A stretch of DNA of 49,615 nt. Source: an uncultured Gammaproteobacteria bacterium (lineage in GTDB: Bacteria > Pseudomonadota > Gammaproteobacteria > Xanthomonadales > SZUA-38). Positions 1-7,923 of this stretch are shown in pieces; within the stretch, counting starts at the first letter, position 1; every line of letters starts with the position of its first letter. The notes under the pieces are model-generated. The model did no database searches. It had not been told where the DNA came from and saw only the letters and a list, made by a program, of their open reading frames with translations. Where the stretch lies: contig CAZVYE010000004.1 in the NCBI GenBank assembly GCA_964630895.1, positions 1-49,615 on the forward strand, read 5' to 3'. The translations under genes were made by a program, and so were the position numbers.

Positions 1-1
1 T

Positions 2-1126
2 GATTTCAACGACCCTTTGACCTGGTCGCACAACCGAATTGAAGGCAATCAGTCTTTTACCACGCTGCTTTATCTTCCCGAGACTGCGCCGTTCGACATG
101 ATGATGGGACGTGATGATCGAGAAAGACACGGATTAAAGCTTTATGTGAAGCGTGTTTTTATTATGGATGCGGCAGAGCAATTGCTACCAAACTATCTGC
201 GGTTTGCACGCGGCGTTGTAGATTCGGATGATTTGCCGCTTAACGTCTCGCGCGAAATTCTGCAGGACAACGCACTGGTTTCTAAGATCCGAGCGTCCGT
301 CACTAAGCGATTGCTAGACATGATCGCAAAAGTAGCAAAAGATGATGAAAAGTACGCGGAATTCTGGAAGCAGTTTGGCGCAACCATCAAAGAAGGTCTT
401 GCCGAGGACGCGTCTAATCAAGAGAAATTGTTAGAGCTGGTCCGGTACGCATCCACCCAAAGCGAGGGCGAAGCGCACTCTGTTTCTTTGGCAGATTACG
501 TAGCTCGCATGAAAGGCGAGCAGGACAAGATCTATTACATAACCGCCGACTCCTACAGTGCGGCGAAAAACAGCGCGCACCTTGAGTTGTTTCGGAAGAA
601 GGGTATTGAAGTTCTGCTCATGTCTGACCGAGTCGACGAATGGGTGATGGGCCACTTGCGCGAATTTGAAGGCAAGCCATTTCAATCGGTAGCCAAGGGC
701 GATATCGACCTCTCCAATCTTGAGGACGACGCAGAAAAAGCGGCAAAAACCGAGCAGGAAGAGGCGGCTAAACCGTTGGTAGAGCGTTTGGAGAAAGCTC
801 TAGGTGATCGTGTTGAAGATGTGCGAGTCAGCCATCGCTTGACCGATTCTCCATCGTGTCTGGTGTTGAATCAGCACGATATGGCGGTACATATGCAGAC
901 ACTTCTCAAGCAGGCGGGTCAAGACCAGATGCTGGGTAGCTCTAAGCCTAAGCTGGAAGTGAATCCCCAGCACGAGCTACTTAAGCGTGCGGCGGCGGAG
1001 GAAGACGACGAAAAATTTGCCCAATGGGCAACGTTGCTATTCGAGCAAGCCTGGGTGGCAGAAGGTGGTTTGCTAGAAGACCCAGCCGGTTTCGTTCGCC
1101 GCAGTAATTCGTTGCTGCTGGGATAA
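2..1126 (+). CDS. htpG: Molecular chaperone HtpG (Hsp90 family), C-terminal ~374 aa; the 5' end lies outside the window
   Basis: The frame is open from nt 2 (DFNDPLTWSHNRIEGNQSFTTLLYLP...). The middle and C-terminal HtpG sequence is typical (LKLYVKRVFIMD, LPLNVSREILQ). The stop at 1124-1126 abuts the hslR ATG. Confidence 0.9.
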   Translation, partial: DFNDPLTWSHNRIEGNQSFTTLLYLPETAPFDMMMGRDDRERHGLKLYVKRVFIMDAAEQLLPNYLRFARGVVDSDDLPLNVSREILQDNALVSKIRASVTKRLLDMIAKVAKDDEKYAEFWKQFGATIKEGLAEDASNQEKLLELVRYASTQSEGEAHSVSLADYVARMKGEQDKIYYITADSYSAAKNSAHLELFRKKGIEVLLMSDRVDEWVMGHLREFEGKPFQSVAKGDIDLSNLEDDAEKAAKTEQEEAAKPLVERLEKALGDRVEDVRVSHRLTDSPSCLVLNQHDMAVHMQTLLKQAGQDQMLGSSKPKLEVNPQHELLKRAAAEEDDEKFAQWATLLFEQAWVAEGGLLEDPAGFVRRSNSLLLG

Positions 1127-1510
1127 ATGAGCGAATCTGTCCGACTGGATAAGTGGCTTTGGGCGTCGCGGTTCTTTAAGACCCGCGGCGTATCCAAAGA
1201 GGCTATTGATGGTGGTAAGGTCCATTTGAATGGGGCGAGGGTTAAAGCGTCCCGTGCGGTCAGTGTCGGAGATATGCTACAAATCACCCGCGGTTTCGAG
1301 CGTTTTGAGGTCGAAGTATTGGGTCTAAGTGAGAAACGACTAGGTGCACCATTGGCCAGGAACCTGTACGCGGAAACAGAAGAAAGCGTCACGCGGCGAG
1401 AGCACGAGGCGTTGCAAAGAAAAGCTGCGCGTTTGGCTCAGCCCAATACTCAGGGGCGACCTGACAAGCACACCCGCAAAGAGCTGCTAAAGATCAAACG
1501 CAAAGATTAG
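1127..1510 (+). CDS. hslR: Ribosome-associated heat-shock protein Hsp15 (S4-like RNA-binding domain)
   Basis: The N-terminus VRLDKWLWASRFFKTRGVSKEAIDGGKVHLNGARVKAS is the Hsp15/S4 motif. The C-terminal tail is basic, and the ATG follows the htpG stop directly. Confidence 0.8.
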   Translation: MSESVRLDKWLWASRFFKTRGVSKEAIDGGKVHLNGARVKASRAVSVGDMLQITRGFERFEVEVLGLSEKRLGAPLARNLYAETEESVTRREHEALQRKAARLAQPNTQGRPDKHTRKELLKIKRKD

Positions 1511-1605
1511 CCGAAAATCTACGTTAATGGACAAGCGTCGGGCGACCCGATTCAAGTGGATTCGATCGTCAACGATTCTCGACCGCAAGCAGGAATCGGC
1601 AGATG

Positions 1606-1642
1606 GAAAAACGGACCGGCCCGTTAGTGAACCGGCCCGTTG
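1606..1642 (-). terminator. Possible intrinsic terminator between the convergent hslR and sat/cysC genes, containing an 11-nt direct repeat
   Basis: The minus strand reads AACGGGCCGGTCCGTT followed by TTTTCC, just downstream of the sat/cysC stop (1651). ACCGGCCCGTT occurs twice (1615-1625 and 1631-1641). The stem is short. Confidence 0.3.
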
Positions 1643-1650
1643 GTAAGAGA

Positions 1651-3372
1651 TTACTTGCCGTTTCGGGTGATACCAATCAGACCCAATTGCTCCAGCTTCA
1701 AGATGATACGCTGAACGGACTGATCGGGAGATAGCGAACTGGTATCCAGTTCAATCTCTGCTCGCTCAGGCACTTCGTAGGGGTCGCTAATGCCGGTAAA
1801 CTCTTTAATCTTGCCTTCTCTGGCTAATGCGTACAGACCTTTTCGGTCCCGTTGCTCACATACTTCCAGCGGAGTGGCAACGTGAACCTCAATGAATCCA
1901 CCTACCGGCTCGATCATTTCACGAACTTCTCGACGTGTTTGCTGATATGGCGCGATAGGTGCACAAATAGCTACGCCACCGTTTTTGGTGATTTCGCTTG
2001 CTACAAAACCAATGCGCAACACGTTGATATTGCGGTGTTCTTTAGAAAACCCTAGTTCGCTAGATAGGTTTTTGCGCACAATGTCGCCGTCTAGCAAGGT
2101 GACCGGTCGACCGCCCATTTCCATCAGTCGAACCATCAAAGCGTTAGCAACAGTAGACTTCCCAGCACCAGAGAGTCCGGTAAAGAATACGGTGAACCCT
2201 TGCTTGTCCCGAGGCGGATAACTGCGCCGCAGTTCCTGTACAACTTCTGGGTAGGAAAACCACTCTGGAATATCCAGTCCTTCCCGTAGGCGTCTACGTA
2301 GTTCAGTGCCAGAAATATTCAACGTCGTTTCGTTCTCCCCAACATCGCCAACTGGTACGTATTGAGCGCGGTCTTGAACATAAACCATCATTTGAAACGG
2401 TACCATTTCAACACCAATCTCGTCCTGGTATTCGGAAACGAGCTCCTGGGCGTCGTAAGGTCCGTAAAACGGCTCGCCGTTGCGGTCGTTGCCAGGGCCA
2501 GCATGATCACGCCCCACGATGAAATGGCTGCAACCGTAATTTTTGCGAATAATGGCGTGCCATAGAGCTTCTCTAGGCCCACCCATGCGCATTGCCAGAT
2601 TCAAAAGGCTGAGTTCAGTGGTTGCTTCAGGAAAACGCTCCAGCAGCTTTTCGTAGCAACGGACACGTGTCATGTGGTCTACGTCGCCCGGCTTGGTCAA
2701 TCCCACTACCGGATGAATGAGTAAGTTGGCCTGCGCCATTTGTGCGGCTCTGAAGCTCAGTTCCTGGTGTGCGCGGTGCATGGGATTGCGAGTTTGGAAG
2801 GCAACAATCCGACTCCAACCCATGCGCTCGAATCGCTCCCGCAACCGGGCAGGCGTAACCCGCAAATGTCTGAAATCGTAGTGGGTAGGCATCTGGATGC
2901 CGCGAATCTTACCGCCCACGTAGACAGGGTTGCTCTGGTTGAGCAGGTAATTCACGGCAGGATGCAAATCATCCGTTGTGCCAAATACCTGCTCAGCTTC
3001 GTTGGATTTGTCTGGCTGCCAGATGTCTTCAATGCTCAAAACACCAACGGCAACGCCCTCTGGATCGCGTAGCGTCAGGTTACCGCCAACTTCGAGCTGT
3101 TCGGCAAACTCTTCACTCACGTCAAGGGTTATTGGCATAGGCCAGACTGTGCCGTCGGAAAGACGCATGTCAGAAACGACACTGTCATAATCGGCCTGGT
3201 TGAGAAACCCTTCCAGCGGCGAGAACGAACCGTCTAGGAGCATTTCCATGTCGCATAACTGGCGTGCATTAAGATCCCAGGATGGGTGCTCGTTCGACTC
3301 TGTTTTGAGTGATCCAGCGTCATCGACTATAAGTTGTTTTAGGGCGCCGCCGTGCGGTTGAACCAATGCCAT
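1651..3372 (-). CDS. Bifunctional sulfate adenylyltransferase (ATP sulfurylase) / adenylylsulfate (APS) kinase
   Basis: 573 aa. The N-terminal two thirds are Sat-type ATP sulfurylase (FQTRNPMHRAHQEL, GRDHAGPG). The C-terminal third is APS kinase with P-loop FFTGLSGAGKSTVA. Confidence 0.9.
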   Translation of the reverse strand: MALVQPHGGALKQLIVDDAGSLKTESNEHPSWDLNARQLCDMEMLLDGSFSPLEGFLNQADYDSVVSDMRLSDGTVWPMPITLDVSEEFAEQLEVGGNLTLRDPEGVAVGVLSIEDIWQPDKSNEAEQVFGTTDDLHPAVNYLLNQSNPVYVGGKIRGIQMPTHYDFRHLRVTPARLRERFERMGWSRIVAFQTRNPMHRAHQELSFRAAQMAQANLLIHPVVGLTKPGDVDHMTRVRCYEKLLERFPEATTELSLLNLAMRMGGPREALWHAIIRKNYGCSHFIVGRDHAGPGNDRNGEPFYGPYDAQELVSEYQDEIGVEMVPFQMMVYVQDRAQYVPVGDVGENETTLNISGTELRRRLREGLDIPEWFSYPEVVQELRRSYPPRDKQGFTVFFTGLSGAGKSTVANALMVRLMEMGGRPVTLLDGDIVRKNLSSELGFSKEHRNINVLRIGFVASEITKNGGVAICAPIAPYQQTRREVREMIEPVGGFIEVHVATPLEVCEQRDRKGLYALAREGKIKEFTGISDPYEVPERAEIELDTSSLSPDQSVQRIILKLEQLGLIGITRNGK

Positions 3373-3684
3373 GAAACTTCCTTGATTTATAGGTTGAACG
3401 TTTGAGAATTAAAATGGTCTTGATGAGAGGCGTTTAAACGGTTTATGAATGCGTATTTGAATTCTCGTTAGACAAACCGCATAGTTAGAAAAGCATCACA
3501 TCGTCACAAGGCGCGCAATTCTACCTGTCTCATCCCCAGCTTGAAAGCAGTAGCTTGTTTTTTTGGCCATTGAACTGGCTTCTAGGTCACTGCAGAATAT
3601 GCGCCGGAATGAGACCGAGCAAGGAATTTGCAGCTTGGTGCTTAAACGATTTTTATCTAAGAAACAGACTTGGAGAGCGATTAC

Positions 3685-4377
3685 GTGAAGAAAACGATTT
3701 TGGCAACGCTGGTTGCGGCAGGTTTTGCCGGCCAGGTGGTTGCAGACAATCACGACGAACTCAGCTATATGCTGGGCTACGACATTGGTCAGCGCATTGG
3801 CAGCTTAGGTTTGGACGAAGTCAATAGCGAAGAGTTTATTGCAGGTCTCGAAGCTGCGATGGCTGGAAATGAGTCGCGCTTGACAGACGAGCAGGTGCAG
3901 GCAGCTACTGCGATGATCACCGAACTCCAGCAGGCCGCAATGGAAGCGCAGCGCGCTGAGCTGGCCGCGGCAGCCCAAGCCAATCAGACCGAAGGCGAAG
4001 AGTTCCTGGCGGAAAACGCTAATAAGGACGGTGTGATGGTCACGGATAGTGGCTTACAGTACGAAGTTATCGAAATGGGTGATGGTCCCAAGCCGGCCGC
4101 CACTGATGAAGTAACTGTGCACTATCGCGGTACGACCCTTGACGGTGAAGAATTCGATAGCAGCTTCAAGCGCAACGCGCCGGCTACTTTTGCACTCAAT
4201 CGCGTTATTAAGGGTTGGACTGAGGGTCTGCAATTGATGCCGGCTGGCAGTAAGTTCAAGTTTTATATCCCTGCTGATCTGGCTTACGGTGGCCGTGGAT
4301 CACCACCAAATATTGGACCGAACTCTACCTTGATCTTCGACGTCGAGCTGCTCGAAGTGAAAGGGGCTGAGGGATAA
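3685..4377 (+). CDS. fkpA: Periplasmic FKBP-type peptidyl-prolyl cis-trans isomerase (FkpA/FklB-like)
   Basis: A signal-like N-terminus (VKKTILATLVAAGFAGQVVA) precedes a helical FKBP_N region and an FKBP_C domain (VTVHYRGTTLDGEEFDSS...IKGWTEGLQLMPAGSKFKFYIPADLAYG). I prefer the GTG at 3685, with GGAG 8-10 nt upstream, over the track's TTG at 3670. Confidence 0.85.
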   Translation: MKKTILATLVAAGFAGQVVADNHDELSYMLGYDIGQRIGSLGLDEVNSEEFIAGLEAAMAGNESRLTDEQVQAATAMITELQQAAMEAQRAELAAAAQANQTEGEEFLAENANKDGVMVTDSGLQYEVIEMGDGPKPAATDEVTVHYRGTTLDGEEFDSSFKRNAPATFALNRVIKGWTEGLQLMPAGSKFKFYIPADLAYGGRGSPPNIGPNSTLIFDVELLEVKGAEG

Positions 4378-4384
4378 TAAGACT

Positions 4385-4651
4385 CTAGCTAACTTCTTGG
4401 ATCAGGCGGTGGCGCAAAAGCGTCGCCGCCAGATCTTTACCATCGGTTATCGCCACTTCTTGCGCCACTTCATACTCACGACTCATCCGAGACCCGTAAT
4501 CGTCCCAGTTTGATTCCTCCAATAGCGCGGTTAAAGCGGAAAATCCTACCTCATCTAACTCGAAGTATTTGCCGGTTGCTGTTTGCATCAGTACCGTGCC
4601 ATCTTCTGCGTGATCAATTGCGGTAGCTGGATGTGCTTTAAACATTTTCAA
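4385..4651 (-). CDS. PqqD-family RiPP recognition element (lasso B1 protein)
   Basis: 88 aa. The size and pattern (GTVLMQTATGKYFELDEVGFSALTALLEE...) fit the PqqD/RRE fold. It overlaps the B2 gene by 14 nt and is the last gene of the lasso operon. Confidence 0.75.
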   Translation of the reverse strand: MKMFKAHPATAIDHAEDGTVLMQTATGKYFELDEVGFSALTALLEESNWDDYGSRMSREYEVAQEVAITDGKDLAATLLRHRLIQEVS

Positions 4652-5054
4652 GCACTGCTAAGCCTTGATTCGGCTTGTTTCCAATCTGCATTATTCGCCA
4701 CGCTTTAACATCATTCGATTCAGGCCCAGGTGTAATCCAGGCGTGGCTAGCCAGTTGATTCCCTTGCTTTTGTTGACCGATAACTACTTGTGCGCGGTAT
4801 TGGTTTTTGGAAGCGTACGCACATATTGCAATGCTACGGCTAAGACAGTTCGACCAAGGCAACCGCATTGTTAGTGCAGCATGTTGAAAAACAGAACTGG
4901 GTAGAGGTGGCCTGTTCGCATGATTCGCTTCAAGACAGACGCGCTCTGATTGTATGCCAAACACTCGTATCTTTGTAGCAGCAATTGTCACGCGCCATGT
5001 CCAAACTAGACGTTCACTTAGTCGTCCGTAATACAAGCGCATCACGCCGCCCAT
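4638..5054 (-). CDS. Lasso peptide leader protease B2 (transglutaminase-like Cys protease)
   Basis: 138 aa with the characteristic Cys...His arrangement: NCLSRSIAICAYASKNQYRAQVVIG....ASHAWITPG. It overlaps the kinase gene by 13 nt. Confidence 0.75.
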   Translation of the reverse strand: MGGVMRLYYGRLSERLVWTWRVTIAATKIRVFGIQSERVCLEANHANRPPLPSSVFQHAALTMRLPWSNCLSRSIAICAYASKNQYRAQVVIGQQKQGNQLASHAWITPGPESNDVKAWRIMQIGNKPNQGLAVLENV

Positions 5055-5935
5055 GAATCTCTTTTGCCCAGATTCGCTAGCATGTCAATCTGGTTGTCTA
5101 GATGCTCTAATCCGACTGGATATTGCAGGGCGTAAATTGGAGTTTTCCGCGCTAATCGCGCCATCTTAGAAAAATGATCCTTGGCAATGGGCACGCTAAA
5201 ACCCTTGGCCGCGACCGTATGTTGGATCAGCGTTTGGTGAGCCTCAGTCCATTGCAGTCTGCTTATCGTGGGGGCTCCTCGCGCGGCGTCAGGTTCCAGA
5301 CGTACCACGCAATCGATTTTTTCAGGCTGTGACTCCAGAGGATTTGGCAGCTTGAGCTGCGGGTAAGGTCCAACGATGCCGGGTGAGCCGTCCTCCTGTA
5401 CTTCAACTAAAACGCCGTCGTCCGCAAAGCGCCGACCATCGGTGTGCTCGGAAACTGCGCGGGCCATTGTGGATTTTCCCGATCCGGAGCATCCAGTCAG
5501 TGCGATAGTTACGCCATTAATTCTCACTAGACTGCTGTGCAGAATGTAGTGTTTCTTGGCCGCATGGCAAAGCGCCATTCCCGGCCCCAGCACCAGCCAA
5601 TCCAAAATGGGAGTTGGCTGCTCCGTAAGCTCCCAAATGATGCTGTTCTGATCATCGACAAACAGTTTTACATCACCGGAGCCTATTCGATAGCCAGATT
5701 CAGCCCGTACAATGGCCAACGGAATTTGACCCAGATCGGTTGGAACAATGCCCGAAAATTTCACATCGTTGGCTTCCTGAAAAAAGCAAGTAGGCATTGT
5801 GTCTGGAAGCTCAAATGAGCGGGCGGCGGGTATTGTCTGCAGTGCGGTAATTTGACGATAGCTGGCAAAACCGCTGGACCCCATAGGATAAAGCCAGCGG
5901 GTGCTATTAGATGACTTTGTGCTCAGGTAGATCAT
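5042..5935 (-). CDS. HPr-kinase-like (HprK-related) serine kinase, predicted RiPP tailoring enzyme
   Basis: 297 aa with P-loop LTGCSGSGKSTMARAV in an HprK C-terminal-domain-like context. It lies directly downstream of the precursor gene, as in paeninodin-type lasso clusters. Confidence 0.65.
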   Translation of the reverse strand: MIYLSTKSSNSTRWLYPMGSSGFASYRQITALQTIPAARSFELPDTMPTCFFQEANDVKFSGIVPTDLGQIPLAIVRAESGYRIGSGDVKLFVDDQNSIIWELTEQPTPILDWLVLGPGMALCHAAKKHYILHSSLVRINGVTIALTGCSGSGKSTMARAVSEHTDGRRFADDGVLVEVQEDGSPGIVGPYPQLKLPNPLESQPEKIDCVVRLEPDAARGAPTISRLQWTEAHQTLIQHTVAAKGFSVPIAKDHFSKMARLARKTPIYALQYPVGLEHLDNQIDMLANLGKRDSWAA

Positions 5936-5937
5936 GT

Positions 5938-5952
5938 GGACACACAGTGTCC
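5938..5952 (-). promoter_or_regulatory. Intercistronic hairpin between the precursor stop and the kinase start (possible attenuator or mRNA-stability element)
   Basis: The minus strand reads TAA-TCT-GGACAC-TGT-GTGTCC-AC-ATG. This gives a perfect 6-bp GC-rich stem with a 3-nt loop that fills the 20-nt gap. There is no Shine-Dalgarno for the kinase. Confidence 0.35.
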
Positions 5953-5955
5953 AGA

Positions 5956-6132
5956 TTAAGGGCGCCTGATGGATGGCGCGCCGCTTTCCCCGGTTCCAGG
6001 GCTAGGGCCGAATGTGATATCACGCACATCGCCATGCTCTATCAGTTTGGGCTTTTGATAGGACCTTTTCTCCCCAGCGTTTGTGGAGATTTCAGGCGAT
6101 TGCAAAGCATTTTTGTTGATCTGGTCTTTCAT
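5956..6132 (-). CDS. Lasso peptide precursor (A), 58 aa, absent from the ORF track because it is under 60 aa
   Basis: My own translation of the minus strand gives MKDQINKNALQSPEISTNAGEKRSYQKPKLIEHGDVRDITFGPSPGTGESGAPSIRRP*. AGGAAA lies 5 nt upstream of the ATG, 21 nt after the cyclase stop. The leader carries the lasso motif Y-x-x-P-x-L-x3-G-x5-T-x with Thr at -2. The predicted core GPSPGTGESGAPSIRRP has Gly1 and Glu8 available for the macrolactam. Confidence 0.7.
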   Translation of the reverse strand: MKDQINKNALQSPEISTNAGEKRSYQKPKLIEHGDVRDITFGPSPGTGESGAPSIRRP

Positions 6133-6153
6133 AGTTTCCTGGAGCCGGATTGC

Positions 6154-7923
6154 TCAAGCGAAATCCGGTAAATTTTTTCGCCAAATTTCTAAAGCTAAAC
6201 AATACCAGAGAATCAGCAGCTCTGGGTCCTCTAGATGTGAATTTTTGAACCAAGTTTGCACATTGTTGCGTTTTACGAACTGAGGCCATATTGCGTCTTC
6301 CGACTCTAGTAAATTCGCTACTTGTTGTTGGCCGAGATTAAACAGTCCCAGCCGCAAGTGATCCGTAAAGGCAGTTTTATCAGGTCGCATTATGATGGAT
6401 TCGGGCAGATGCTCGCGTAGGGCTAAGCGCATCAAGTATTTGCTTGGTGGCAGTACGTCTTGTGTGTCACCATTTAATAGGTAAGCTGGTACATTTGCCA
6501 TGAACTGAACCATTTCCAAATCTCGTAATGGAAATCGATTTGCCAGTTGCCAAGGTGCAGATTCCTGTTCTGCCGTAACTGCGCAATGTGCCAACCATGC
6601 ATTGATCATGCTCTCAGCGCGATAGCGGCCGGCGTCGACTCCGACCATCTCGTGTTGCATACCGATCGCGGGCAAAGGCTCCAAGTATTCGCGCATCCAC
6701 TCTGGGTAGGGTTGCACCGCAGTTCGGCGCAGGCCGAGGCCGGGGAGTAATTTTCTCAGGCTCGGGTCCGCTAGCCAGGCGCGCGGTGAACACCACCTTA
6801 CCCCTGTGATGCCCTGGAAAAGTGCGCGCCACTTTCGATCTCGCATGAGATCGCTTAAATCATAGGAGTGATGGCAATACAACAAATCCCCAAAATCTCC
6901 CGTCAATAGAACCTGTGTGTCACGGGATTTCAATTGATCGTATATTGCGTGACGATAGCTGCGGTAGGCATCAAGAGCTGCCTCACCTTTGGCCAGATGG
7001 TTAAGCCAGTTTGAGTTTTGAAACGGTGCAAGCTGGTCACAGTCGACGAAATCAATAGGCAGGCCCAGTTCGTTTGCCAGTTCCTGGGCATAACTACTTT
7101 CATCCAGTTTTGGCCAATTTTTAAATCGGTAGCTGACCAGGGAAAGTGCCAGATCCTTACGTTCCAAACATAACTGTCGCGCAGCCCATGCAACAGCAGG
7201 CGAGTCCATGCCGCCACTCACGGCCACACTGACCCGCTTAGCGTTACCGATACAGCGTTTTGTGCTTCGCAGCAATTGACGTCTTAATTGGTCTGCCCAT
7301 TGAGATTCGGGCAGGGTCTCTTGTTTTGCATACCGCCAGGGCATGTTCCAGTAGCGGTGATGTGAAACACCCTCATGACTGAAAGTCGTAACACTTCCCG
7401 GCCTCACCTGCTTAATCTGAGAGAAGTATGTCTGATCTGGTTTTGGGTCGCGCAATGCAAACAGACGCTTTAATCGGTCCTGGTCGAGGGCTGACGAGAT
7501 GTCCTTGATTGCTAATAACCCGTCCTCGCGGGGTGCAAACCAAACAATCTCAGTTTCACCATCTTGCCGGATGCTCCAACACACCGTGCGATTGCCAATC
7601 GGGTCTCTGCGTATTCTGATTCGATTCTCTTGCGGTAGAAACTCAAACTCAATGCAGGCGCTCCAGTCACAAGGTTTCTCGAGAGCCTCATGCTGGGTCC
7701 ACGTAAGCGTAAAGCCTGAGTTTGTCGATTGAACCTCCGGCGACGGATATTCTGTTCGGTCGGTGCCGGCCAAGCAAAAAAGTCGGTGGTCGACTTGGTG
7801 TTCGTCTACTTTCGCCAGGCCGCCTGGCAGGAGAGCTGCGAGTGCGCGCCGTGCTTGGCTGCGGGTGTCTTGAGGAAGTTTGTCGCCGGCACGGAGCCAG
7901 GCGATCACAAATGCATTATTCAA
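6154..7923 (-). CDS. Lasso peptide cyclase C (asparagine synthetase B homolog lacking the N-terminal Cys nucleophile)
   Basis: 589 aa. It has PP-loop VSVAVSGGMDSPAVAW, and its N-terminus (TTG-encoded Met, then NNAFVIAW) has no Cys2. The TTG start overlaps the upstream stop (TTGA). Confidence 0.75.
   Translation of the reverse strand: MNNAFVIAWLRAGDKLPQDTRSQARRALAALLPGGLAKVDEHQVDHRLFCLAGTDRTEYPSPEVQSTNSGFTLTWTQHEALEKPCDWSACIEFEFLPQENRIRIRRDPIGNRTVCWSIRQDGETEIVWFAPREDGLLAIKDISSALDQDRLKRLFALRDPKPDQTYFSQIKQVRPGSVTTFSHEGVSHHRYWNMPWRYAKQETLPESQWADQLRRQLLRSTKRCIGNAKRVSVAVSGGMDSPAVAWAARQLCLERKDLALSLVSYRFKNWPKLDESSYAQELANELGLPIDFVDCDQLAPFQNSNWLNHLAKGEAALDAYRSYRHAIYDQLKSRDTQVLLTGDFGDLLYCHHSYDLSDLMRDRKWRALFQGITGVRWCSPRAWLADPSLRKLLPGLGLRRTAVQPYPEWMREYLEPLPAIGMQHEMVGVDAGRYRAESMINAWLAHCAVTAEQESAPWQLANRFPLRDLEMVQFMANVPAYLLNGDTQDVLPPSKYLMRLALREHLPESIIMRPDKTAFTDHLRLGLFNLGQQQVANLLESEDAIWPQFVKRNNVQTWFKNSHLEDPELLILWYCLALEIWRKNLPDFA

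Noticed and set aside
6092-6289. A 65-aa minus-strand ORF in the track (MASVRKTQQCANL...), considered as a candidate lasso precursor
   Set aside because: It overlaps the 3' end of the cyclase gene in another frame. It has no YxxPxL...T-x leader motif and no Gly/acidic ring pair. The 58-aa ORF at 5956-6132 fits all criteria instead.
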